DNA from: Macrostomum lignano
Taxonomy: Eukaryota
Assembly (NCBI GenBank): GCA_002269645.1
Contig: NIVC01000126.1
Coordinates: 186,001-250,000 of the forward strand
DNA length: 64,000 nucleotides
Direction of reading: 5' to 3'
The position numbers and the translations under genes were made by a program. How positions within the stretch are numbered: the first letter of the stretch is position 1; every line of letters begins with the position of its first letter. Shown piece after piece: positions 54,690 to 64,000 of the stretch. A model generated the notes under the pieces. The model searched no databases and was not told the origin of the DNA. It was given only the letters and a program-made list of their open reading frames with translations.

Positions 54690-57587
54690 TTAGAGCTCCA
54701 TCTCCATGCCGATGTCAGGCAAGTCCGGGTCGCCTTCGGCGAGCACCTCCGGGTGGCGCAAGCTGGGCTCGAACAGCTGACTGCCTCGCAGGTCAGGCTG
54801 AACTGTGGCCGGCTGCTCTGGCGCGGGCTGATCGGCTGGGTCGACTTCGCTGTCTTCGCTCGACTCATAGGGCAGCATTGGCCGCTCTGTCTGGCGCGGC
54901 GGCTCCTGTGGTCGATCTGCCATCATCTGCGGCACCTTGATGATGTTGTTACGATGAACTAGCATTTCAGCTGGGCGTCCTCGGCGGGCTGTCGCTGGCT
55001 TGATCCAATACGCCACTTCTCCGACTTTCCTGACGACCTTGTACATACTCTTGTACGGCCGGTGGAACTTGGGCAGCTCTCCCAGTTCGAGCTTCGGGTT
55101 GGCCAGGCAGACCAAGTCTCCGGGCTGCAGCTCCACGGGCTTTGGCCGGTTCTCGTAGTACTCCTCTCTGCGCTGGATCTCGGTTCTCAGTCGCTGTCGC
55201 ACAATTCGCTCTGTCTCGGCCAGTCTGCGCTGATGTTTGGCAATGTACTCCGGGAGATCAGCTGATACATCCAGTCGGTCTAGGGTGTTATCGATCGGAT
55301 ACCGGTAGGGCACTCCGTAGATGACATAATGCGGCGAGAACCCGGTTGTACGATTGACTGCTGATCTTAGAGCTGTTAAAGCGGCTGGCAACATCTTGTC
55401 CCATTGCTGATGGTCTTCTAGGAGACAGGTGAGCACCTTCTTGATGTTCTTATTGCACGACTCAGCTTGTCCATTGGCCCATGGCGAATACGGCGGCGTC
55501 GTGGTCTGCCGGATGCCGTAAACTTCGCAGAAGTGCCGGAACTCGTGTCCTGTGAACTGTTTCCCTTGATCGGAGTGAATCCATGCCGGGATTCCGGTGA
55601 TCGGAAACACTTGTTCCTGCAGGAGCGTTATAATGGTCTTGGCCCGCTGATTCTTCATGGCGAAAGCGAAGGGGTATTTCGACGTAGTGTCGACGTAGGT
55701 CAGGATGTACTTGTTTCCTCGGTCCGTCGGGTCTCCAGTGGGGCCCAGGATGTCGATCGCACATCGCCCATAGATTTCACAGACCGGAAACGATTGTACA
55801 TGCGCCGGAATTCGTCGCCGTCCTTTGCTCTGAGTGCAGGTTTGGCAGGAAGCGACATAGTCGGACACTGCCTTGGCCAGGGCAGGTCGCCAGAACCTTT
55901 CGCGCACCTTCGCGATGGTGAGGTCTCGGCCCATGTGTCCGCAGTAAGGTGAACCGTGGAGGTCGGCGAACACCGTGGCGTCGAGGCTCTTCGGCAGGAC
56001 GATCCGCGCCGTTTTCTCCTCGCCAATATCGTCGAAATGAATTACCAGTAGTCCATCATCTCGGACTTCGAGCTGCTCGTAGAACGCTAGTAAGTTTCGT
56101 TCGTCTCGTGTCATATTCAAACGCTGATTCAGCGGCGGCTTCGGCTGTCGGCTTTCCAAAAGGTTGATCATCATGGCGATGGCAGAGTCAGCACGCTGAT
56201 GAGTCTGGAGCTCCTCACGAGTGACTGGCCTCGGGATGTGATCAGTTAGATTCAATGTTGAACGTCGATTAGTCAAATTAGTCGGCGCGGCTTCGGCTGT
56301 GGCGGCATGGTTCGGGGTCTGGAGCTCCCTCCGCACGATCGCTACTCTGGCCGGTTGCCGGGTCGTTGATGTGCCCGAAGGTCGATCCTCGTCGGTAGCT
56401 TCGGCGTCACTATTGTCGGATTCAGATCGGTCAGCAGTTGATGATGAGTCAGCAGAGCTGTCCGCGTCGCTGCTGAATCTCACTCTTTTCTCAAACTTCG
56501 GGCAGCGAGCGGGTTGGCAGCTGTCCTCTCTGGCTGCGCTGTGGTCGCTGTCCATGCCGTCTCCAGCTAGTAGTCGGCGGCTCCTTGACGGGCAACATGT
56601 CGTGCTACTAAAACTGGTAGGCGACCTCTGCGAGTCATCGTAACGGCTGGCAGATGGCCTCGGCTTCGTCGCCGGCGGGTGCAGCTCTGTCAGCGGCTTG
56701 CTGTCGGCTGTAGGTGTTGCTGGCGGCGTAGCCTCGCCGTTGGACTCCTTCGGCTTAGTCGGCGGTTTCCGTCGCTTACGGCGGGTCGACGGCTTCTTGC
56801 TCGGTGGAGGACTAGGGTGGCTGCTGTCGTGGACCTTCGGCGCCGCTGCGCTAGTTATCGCGGCTGGCTGCTTACTTTGGTCCTCATCAGCTGCCTCGCG
56901 CTGAGCCTCCTCCAAGCATTCGGCATCGTCCTCCGGCCGTCTCGAGAGACCGTCGGCGTTTTGATGCTGACTCGATTTGCGATGCTGGATCTCGAACTCA
57001 AATTCACTTAGCCGCTGTAGCCATCGTCCAAAGATGCCTACTTGTTGAGTTCGCCGGAGAATCCAGGTCAACGCTGCATGGTCGGTTCGACAAATAAACT
57101 TCTTGGCCAGCAGGTAGAAGCGGAAGTGTCGCATGCCATCTACGGCTGCCAAGAGTTCTTGCTTAGTAATTGGATATCGGGCTTCAGCCGGTTTAAGTCG
57201 TCGGGAGAAATAGCCGATTGGGCGCTCGATCCCGTCAGCTTGGCGTTGGCTCAGGCAGGCTCCGATTCTGGTCGCAGAAGCATCCGTGTCCAGGATAAAC
57301 ATTACTTCCGGATCCTCGCTGAACTGCGGATACGCGAGCACTGATGTCGAAGTCATGGCTGCTTTGAGCTGGTCGAACGCGTCTTGCTGGGCTTTTCCCC
57401 ATAGACAATTGAAATTTCTAATCTTCTTTTCCTTGATCAAGTCGTGGAGCGGAGCTGCAAGTTCTGCATAGCCAGGTACAAATTTTGCATAGTAAGCGCA
57501 CGTGCAGACAAAACTTTTAAGTTGTCGAGCTGTTCTTGGTCTTGGCCAGGTCTGAATAGCCTCGATCTTCGCCGGATCGGTCTTGAT
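54690..57587 (-). CDS. pol: Gypsy Pol fragment: RT thumb/connection, RNase H, integrase
   Basis: FILDTDASATRIGACLSQ, YPITKQELLA, TDHAAL, QHQNADGLSR; HHCC (HGSPYCGHMG...CQTC); DDE (AIDILGP, HSDQG, GQAESCN). No internal stops. Confidence 0.95.
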   Translation of the reverse strand: MKTDPAKIEAIQTWPRPRTARQLKSFVCTCAYYAKFVPGYAELAAPLHDLIKEKKIRNFNCLWGKAQQDAFDQLKAAMTSTSVLAYPQFSEDPEVMFILDTDASATRIGACLSQRQADGIERPIGYFSRRLKPAEARYPITKQELLAAVDGMRHFRFYLLAKKFICRTDHAALTWILRRTQQVGIFGRWLQRLSEFEFEIQHRKSSQHQNADGLSRRPEDDAECLEEAQREAADEDQSKQPAAITSAAAPKVHDSSHPSPPPSKKPSTRRKRRKPPTKPKESNGEATPPATPTADSKPLTELHPPATKPRPSASRYDDSQRSPTSFSSTTCCPSRSRRLLAGDGMDSDHSAAREDSCQPARCPKFEKRVRFSSDADSSADSSSTADRSESDNSDAEATDEDRPSGTSTTRQPARVAIVRRELQTPNHAATAEAAPTNLTNRRSTLNLTDHIPRPVTREELQTHQRADSAIAMMINLLESRQPKPPLNQRLNMTRDERNLLAFYEQLEVRDDGLLVIHFDDIGEEKTARIVLPKSLDATVFADLHGSPYCGHMGRDLTIAKVRERFWRPALAKAVSDYVASCQTCTQSKGRRRIPAHVQSFPVCEIYGRCAIDILGPTGDPTDRGNKYILTYVDTTSKYPFAFAMKNQRAKTIITLLQEQVFPITGIPAWIHSDQGKQFTGHEFRHFCEVYGIRQTTTPPYSPWANGQAESCNKNIKKVLTCLLEDHQQWDKMLPAALTALRSAVNRTTGFSPHYVIYGVPYRYPIDNTLDRLDVSADLPEYIAKHQRRLAETERIVRQRLRTEIQRREEYYENRPKPVELQPGDLVCLANPKLELGELPKFHRPYKSMYKVVRKVGEVAYWIKPATARRGRPAEMLVHRNNIIKVPQMMADRPQEPPRQTERPMLPYESSEDSEVDPADQPAPEQPATVQPDLRGSQLFEPSLRHPEVLAEGDPDLPDIGMEMEL

Positions 57588-57773
57588 CTAAGGAAAGTAC
57601 CACTGGTTTTGGGGTGGAAATTTTAACATGTTGCTGAGTGATTTACCGCGCCGTGGATAAAATTTTAGATAGGAAATTGGCTTTAATGATTAATTAGTGT
57701 GGGCCGCATTCTTTCATTGTTTCTTTAGCGCGAATCTCATGGCAGCCAAGGTGAGAAAAAGTACGATTTATCA

Positions 57774-58031
57774 CTGTTCTACTTGCTAGAAATCGAACCC
57801 TGCAGGCCAGAACGAACGTCGGCTGGCAAACATCGGCTGGCAAACGCCGGTTGGAAAAACGGCTCGGCTCGCAAACATCGGCTGGCGAACGTCCCGCTGG
57901 CAAATACCGGTTGGCAAACGTCCCGCTGGCAAAGTCGGCTGGCAAACGTCTCGGCTCGCAAAACGTCGGCTAGCAAACGTAGGCTGGCAAAAGTCGCTAT
58001 CTCCAGTAAAATAACTATACACGTAGAACAG
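57774..58031. repeat. Degenerate array of cggctggcaaacg motifs bounded by a 9-bp inverted repeat (possible MITE)
   Basis: ctgttctac at 57774-57782 and gtagaacag at 58023-58031 enclose about 12 ggc(t)ggc(a/g)aac motifs. Confidence 0.55.
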
Positions 58032-58494
58032 CCGGCCATTTGTGATCAATCATGTGATCATGCAGAATAATCTCCAAACTAATTATTCTATTTCTAATTT
58101 TTTTGTTTGACCAATTGTTTTCCTGTCCCTTCTAACATGTACATTTATCTACATGTATATGGCAATATACGAGTAACGAGTATCGCAGAGAGGTCAATTT
58201 GCTTAACTTTTAAAATAATTTTTTTTAGTATTTTACCAACGTTCGAAACAGATCGAGTCCCAGAAGATACTGCCAAGGTACATGTATACCAGTAAAAGTA
58301 AGTTAAGTTTTCTTTTATATTTGCGTATCGCTATAAATCGACCATAAATCGACCACTGCAGTATACAATCGGTGTGAGTAATCTTTGGAGGCCGGTACAA
58401 TGTGCAGATAACGTACCAGGATCCTTATAATTTTACCGGCGTGGGATGAAACCCCAATTATGTGCATGTACATGTAATATATAATATATACTTG

Positions 58495-58607
58495 TAAAAC
58501 TGAAGAAAAGCAGAGTTAAGCGTCTTGCTCAAGGACACATTTTTTTCCGAGTGGGTCGGGAATTGAACCCCCGATCTTTCAGTCGTGATTCCGATGCTCT
58601 AAACACT
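58495..58607 (-). mobile_element. tRNA-derived SINE fragment (family B) with CORE-like segment
   Basis: Minus strand agtgtttagagcatcgg (A box) ... gggttcaattccc (B box), then gtgtccttgagcaagacgcttaactc, which resembles the MIR/CORE gtgaccttgggcaagtcacttaacc. Confidence 0.7.
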
Positions 58608-58732
58608 TGTACATCCAAATTGTACATGTACAACTCCCCAGGAATGTAATTTCAGTTAATTAAAAACTTTATAAAAACGGCATTTTAGCGAAATTCTAGC
58701 TCGTATCATTTATTAAATCATCTATCGATCTG

Positions 58733-61700
58733 TTAAATCCTCGATGACAGACGCCGCAGTCCTCCGCTATCCTGGCTGGTGTTGAGCAGCAGCGATGAGC
58801 CGGTGTCCGGCCCCGCCTCGGACATTCGTGCCCCGTTGCGGAGTCGCTGCTTCAAACGCATCCCAGCGCCGGCGAACTCGGTCATTCGGCGCGCCATCGA
58901 GCCGCTGTTGTTGCTATTGTTCAACGGGCTGCGCTGCGATCGGCCGCTGCTCAGCCGGGAGTGCGGCCTCGAGCCCGGCCGAATCTGATCAGCGCCGCCC
59001 TCCGCTACTCCGAAGGCTGCAGACGCTGGCAGCGGCACCGCCGGTCGACGATAGCCGCCGGTGAGCGTCGTCTCGTAGGCGTTGAATATGCCGCTGATTA
59101 AGCGGGCCTGCGCGTGAGGAACACACGGAAGCAATTGTAGCTATTATTCTATGTACTCGTAGAATGGATCAACAATGAATTGTAGATCGTCTAACCAATT
59201 GGAGAATGTAGAAGTTTTAATTAGAGGTGGTTGCAACCCTAAGGGCTGCCAGCATGGGACGTCTTGTTGGACTCCCCTGTCTCTTAATGAGTGGCTTTAG
59301 AATAGCTTTAATGAAAGAGGGCCGTAGCCCAGTGGTCCAGCGCGGCGTTCTGATGTGCCAGCGGCCCAGATTCGACTCCAAGTGCGGTCAAATATTAATT
59401 TGAGGCTAAATTGGAATCTCGGCTTCGCTTTGCTCGTGCAATTAACACCCTGCTAAGCACTTTGTTTATCACTGCCCTTTCTTTACCAGAGACCGGCTAC
59501 GCTCCCTCGGGCCGAACTAGTCCATTGACGAGGTTTGCCAGCCCGACAGCATCCCACGGCTCATCCAGTTCCTTTAGGCGACAAGACGAGCCACTTTCTT
59601 CCCCACAGAAGATCACGCTGCAGGACGGACTGGCGGACCACCCTGACCGGCCCCACGCCTCTGCCTGTCTGCGGGCCTTCAGGGGCTAGCGGAATGGGTG
59701 ACCCTCGCCTCCCCGCTGTGTCTACGGACCACCCTGCAGCTAAGTAAAGTAAGTCAAGACACCCAGCTTGAGGGCCAACTCCGAAGGCACAGTGAAGTGA
59801 TGCCTAACGATAGATAAAGTTAGGGCCGCTGTACACTCCTGTGTGAGTGTGTGCCTGTGCGTATGACTGCGTACGTATCCGCGCGCTTGTGTGCCTGCCG
59901 ACCGGGCAAATGCTTCTCGCCGGTTGTGTGACAATGTCGCTTATAGCTCTCACCTGGCTAATTCGACAATCGGCAGTGGCAGCTCGGCAGAAGCTGCTCT
60001 GACTGCTTCGACTGCGAGCGTCGTCCAGCAGCTGCAGCTGAGATTCCTGACGAGTGGCCGGAACCGGCGGCAGGTGAGGCGCCTCTGCTGCAGCGACGGT
60101 CTGGCGCTCACTACCCTGCTGGTCTTGTTGATCCTCATCGGCATCAGGTTGACCGGAGTCGCGTCGCGGCTGAGCCGTATTGAACAATCGTGACAGAGTT
60201 TCCAGTCGCCTGGACTCCCGAATCTGCTGATAGGGATCGGCCTCCGATTCGGCTGCAAACTCCGGGTGTTGCAGTCGAAGCAACCATTGCTGCTGCTGCT
60301 GCGGTTGCATCTCGTCGAGTTTGCCGGAGCTGTCTCCAGCTCTGCCCAAGCCAGTGCGCAGCCAATCGTAGGCTGTCCAACGTCGAAGAAGGTCTCGCTT
60401 AGTGAAAGAGGCGCTGCCGGAGCTGGCAAACAGCTGGGCCACTGGCAGGTTGCCAGCGCGACAGGCGGCCATCAACGGAGTGACGCCGTCCGCGTTGCCC
60501 TGATCGCAGTCGATATGGAAGCGCCTGGCTGCTCGCAGAACCATCCGGCACAGTTCGGGCGATTGGCCAGCTAGCAGGTGCAGCACCGTGTCGCCATTGG
60601 CATTCCGGTGATGAAAGTTCACATTGTTCTCGGTTAGGAGAAGACGGACCAGAGCGATGTTGGACTCTCGCACGGCCACTTGAAGGAGATTGTTGCCGTA
60701 AGAATCTGTCAAATCCGGATCGGCGCCTCGATCGAGTAGGGCCCGAATCAGCTGCAGACTAGCCGATGGGGGTCGCACCTGTTTGGTGATAATTGGAAAA
60801 TTCATTAAATTCATTAAAAAACTTGAATGATGATGAAACAAAACACAAATGCAAATTATAGCGATAGAATCACTTGGAAATGCATTTAACCTTGGCAAAA
60901 CTGTCTAAGACTGGTTCTATATCACGCGAAGCAGTGAAAAACTTCACTGTACATTAAGCTAAATTACCATAGACAATTGTAATAAACTCACAATAAACTC
61001 AACTCAAAGCATAATGACTACGATACATGTAGTAGCGTTTACGACGCATGGACAACTGACCTAGAAGAGAGCTACTTTCTTTTTCGATCAAAGGGGTCTG
61101 TGTGCACTCTGGCGCACTTTAAGCGACATTGTCACACAACCGGCAACAGGCATTACTGCCCATTCCGCCGACTCCCCTGAGCAGGCACACAAGCGCGCGG
61201 ATACGTACGCAGTCATATGCACTCACACAGGAGTGTACAGCGGCTTTAACTTTATTTATCGTTAGACATGTACACTTCACTGTGCCTTGGGGGTTGGCCT
61301 TCAAGCTGGGCGTTAATTGTACGAGCAGAGCCAAGCTACAAACCCCATGAAGGACGCTACAGTAAAGCGTCCTGTAACGCGTTCGCGCAAAGTCTAGCTT
61401 TGCGATCGCAAAGGAGCGAAGCGAATATAGAGAGGCTTCCTTGGCGTATGCGTATACTTCTAACTTCAGTTGCCCATAGACTTAAGTAGGGACCGAACTG
61501 TACAATCAAAGAGCAATCCCTCCAGATCCTTTGCCTACCTGGGCGCATCGCATCAAAGGCGTCAGTCCATGCCGACTTCGAACATTGGGATCCATACCTA
61601 ATTTGAGCTGATAAAGCACAGCCTGGTACCGACCCTCGTCTAGTGCCCGGTGTAGGCTCGACCGTTCAACATCCAGGAAGCCGCTGTCAACTAGGCGACG

Positions 61701-61763
61701 TCGGATGCGCTCTCGCTGTCCTGACTGAGTCGTTGCTGAATGAGCAACCAGTGCAGCGCTCAT
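58733..61763 (-). CDS. Ankyrin-repeat protein (ANKRD34/63-like), about 474 aa. Exons 61763-61539, 60778-59954, 59107-58733
   Basis: ANK motifs GMDPNVRSRHGLTPLMRCA, GADPDLTDSYGNNLLQVAV, NANGDTVLHLLA and NADGVTPLMAAC. Both introns are phase 0 GT-AG. The subfamily call is tentative. Confidence 0.8.
59319..59945 (+). mobile_element. tRNA-derived SINE (family A) split by a 308-bp insertion, in ankyrin gene intron 2
   Basis: Head ggccgtagcccagtggt...gattcgactcc; the body resumes at 59759 acacccagcttgagggcc. Confidence 0.85.
59451..59758 (+). mobile_element. Probable 5'-truncated LINE 3' end nested in the SINE
   Basis: Flanked by a duplicated acaccc (59445-59450 and 59759-59764). Contains a decayed frame ending DSIPRLIQFL-stop, a GC-rich UTR and a taagtaaagtaag tail. 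Confidence 0.55.
61093..61336 (-). mobile_element. Headless SINE family A copy in ankyrin gene intron 1
   Basis: Matches 35695-35955 nearly base for base. Confidence 0.85.
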
Positions 61764-62439
61764 CCTTATTGCTACAAACAAAAAAAAAACAAAAAATCTG
61801 CTGCTATCAAACTGACGATGCGATATACAAGTATTGAGAATGATAGTTGCAATCTGCCAGTGAGAAAGAAGACTCTATACTCGCGTCCGTGGCAACTGCT
61901 TCTCGCTGCCCACGCTAGACAGAGAGGAAATCAACAATATTATGCGCGCTTCCTTCCCCTCCATCCCTGCTTTTTTGCCCCCCCTTCCTCCGCCCTATCG
62001 CTATGCCAACCATCCACTGCTGCTCTGTTGTTGAGTGGCGAGGGTCGGCTTTGAAGGGATGGCAGAGCTGGAGACTGAGCCTACCTGGTTCTCTACCCTG
62101 TTTTTCTCTTTCCAGCTCTTTTCTCTTTTGCCCATATTTTGCGAGCAGTATGCCATCCTCGCCGTCGCCCAAGTCTCTCTCCTTCTCCCACTTCAGCGAG
62201 GAACAATGAGTCTGCCTTGCATCACGTCCTGCACACGGCCTTCAATCCGCGGCAGTCCCCGTGTTGATTGTCAATACAATCAATAGCTGCGTATTTGCTA
62301 GGCCAGCAGCTATAGGAGGCTGCTGGATCGGATTGGGAGAGGGAGAGGGGTGGAGAAGAGGGGAGAGATGGAAACCAGGCATACTGTATTCATATGTTCC
62401 GTGAAACATATTCAAGTATATACTGGAGATGTCTCTGAG

Positions 62440-62685
<246 letters not shown>

Positions 62686-63682
62686 TATTTCTGTTAGTTT
62701 GTTTGTTCCATCTTTATTTCATTCTATGAAAATATTTTTAATGCTACTGACAGTAATACAGCTATGACTGATTTTTTTCAAAAGTAAAAAGCGAATGGAT
62801 TGCATGCACATGGATCTCTAAGCTTTCAATCCTTTGAGCAGCAGGAAGAGGGTGAATTGATTGACTTGTTAAAATTCCACTGCATTCTGCGAGGTTCTTA
62901 GAGACTTTGGGGCCCCCAGGTGCAAGTAGCCCACTCTATCGTATCCATTATTCCATAAAGCGGAAGTTTATGAACGCTTAAACCGCTCGCTTGAGTATGC
63001 TATAGGCTAGCCTCATAGTCGTAAACCTGTCCGCGGCTTACAACTTAATATACTTCAAGCTTAATATACAAATTTTACTGAAGTTTAACTGATGTTTTCC
63101 TGCACTCTATAAATTTTCGTAGGCCAAAAATACCTTTAAATGATAAAATTTGGCATGAATTAGCTTGAGTTTAGCGACAATTAGGACTAAAAAGTGGTAT
63201 CTGCTTGGTCTTGGTGCCGCTCGTGCGAACAGAGTGACCCTTGTTAACCTTTTCTAGCTGTACCACAGATGCGGGTTAGCAATTAAATGTAGAGACAGAG
63301 CATTCCTGCCAATGACCTTGGTAATAAGGTAATAGCACTTTGGGCACGCAACAGTCATGATAAATTGAGCTTTTGGCCTCAACGAAAAGACATTAGAATC
63401 CACCTAGTTAATGCACAGGAGAAAGTTTAAACAATTTTAAGTTATTTGCTCTGAAGCTCTTAAGCATAGCTGCAGGTATGTGCCTAGCTCTTGCCAGATG
63501 GCAGCTGATAACAAACTTGTGAGTCCATACGCTGCTTGAGCTGGACTGATAAAATCTGGTTTAGCTTAACTCACCTGCGTTCTGTAGGAGCTGGTGGCAC
63601 CAGGGACAGACAAGAGAAAAAAGTGCTCGTTAGTTGCTCTCGAAATCGAAATCTGACAGTTTATTCAATAATTTCTCTACAG

Positions 63683-63791
63683 ATGGCCATCCGACAGCTT
63701 GTAGCGTGGATTCTGTTGGCTCTGGCAGTAATCTCGTGTCAATTCTGCGGCTTCGCCAATGGCGAATTCTGCCAGAAAGTTAATACAACAG
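63683..63791 (+). CDS. First coding exon of a secreted or membrane protein continuing beyond the window
   Basis: ctctacag|ATG; MAIRQLVAWILLALAVISCQFCGFANGEFCQKVNTTG looks like a signal peptide followed by an NTT sequon; donor G|gtgagg. Confidence 0.6.
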
Positions 63792-63824
63792 GTGAGGCTT
63801 GCACCATGTTTTATAGGGAGTTCC

Positions 63825-64000
63825 TCAGCTACACGAGGTTCTCCCGAGGTTCTGGTAGCTTTTACTAGATTATTCTTCGGTACAACGTCTGTTATACAAG
63901 GTTCTGATAGCTTTGTCTTGATGTTCAATCGGTACAACGTCTGTTATGCAAGGTTCTGGTAGCTTTGTCTTGACGGTTCAACTGCCACGCATTGAAGACT
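63825..64000. repeat. About 52-bp degenerate tandem repeat in that gene's intron
   Basis: aaggttctg(g/a)tagcttt...ggtacaacgtctgttat repeated about 3 times. Confidence 0.7.

Larger units (their letters stand above)
51618..57590 (-). mobile_element. 5'-truncated Ty3/gypsy LTR retrotransposon (RT end, RNase H, integrase, extra ORF, 3' LTR)
   Basis: Domain order RT-RH-IN. The frame begins abruptly at IKTDPAKIEAIQTWP (57587). No gag, protease or 5' LTR visible. Confidence 0.93.

Noticed and set aside
51609-57616. tttggggt occurs on both sides of the gypsy remnant, as a possible TSD
   Set aside because: The right copy lies about 20 nt from the truncation point, the 5' LTR is missing, and gypsy TSDs are typically 4-6 bp. 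Probably chance.
59319-59395. tRNA-like sequences (also at about 4370-4442, 35975-36044 and 58550-58607)
   Set aside because: A/B boxes are present but they continue into shared SINE bodies, and I cannot fold complete cloverleaves.
63670-63685. Acceptor directly before the ATG as a spliced-leader trans-splice site
   Set aside because: An upstream cis donor (ccttg|gtaata near 63321) explains it equally well; the sequence alone cannot decide.

Overview
Eukaryotic (metazoan) genomic DNA with GC-rich exons, very AT-rich intergenic DNA and introns filled with mini- and microsatellites. This style suggests a flatworm such as Macrostomum, but that is an inference, not a database result. I assembled gene models by hand from GT-AG boundaries with consistent phases. 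Complete or near-complete genes: fem-1/FEM1B-like (minus, 7 exons), a TTC24-like TPR protein ending in CaaX CVIM (plus, 11 exons), MAP1/futsch (minus, with a 1-nt frameshift before the light-chain domain), a TAB2/3 homolog (CUE, coiled coil, NZF; minus, 4 exons), a PH-RhoGAP of the ARHGAP22/24/25 type (minus, 3 exons) and an ankyrin-repeat protein (minus, 3 exons). Partial genes lie at both window edges. Mobile DNA: a 5'-truncated Ty3/gypsy element with its 3' LTR and an extra non-env ORF, four copies of a tRNA-derived SINE (two with nested insertions), a CORE-like SINE fragment and several MITE/foldback elements. Most long ORFs in the supplied track are artefacts of stop-free tandem repeats. 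No rRNA, true tRNA or CRISPR array is supported.
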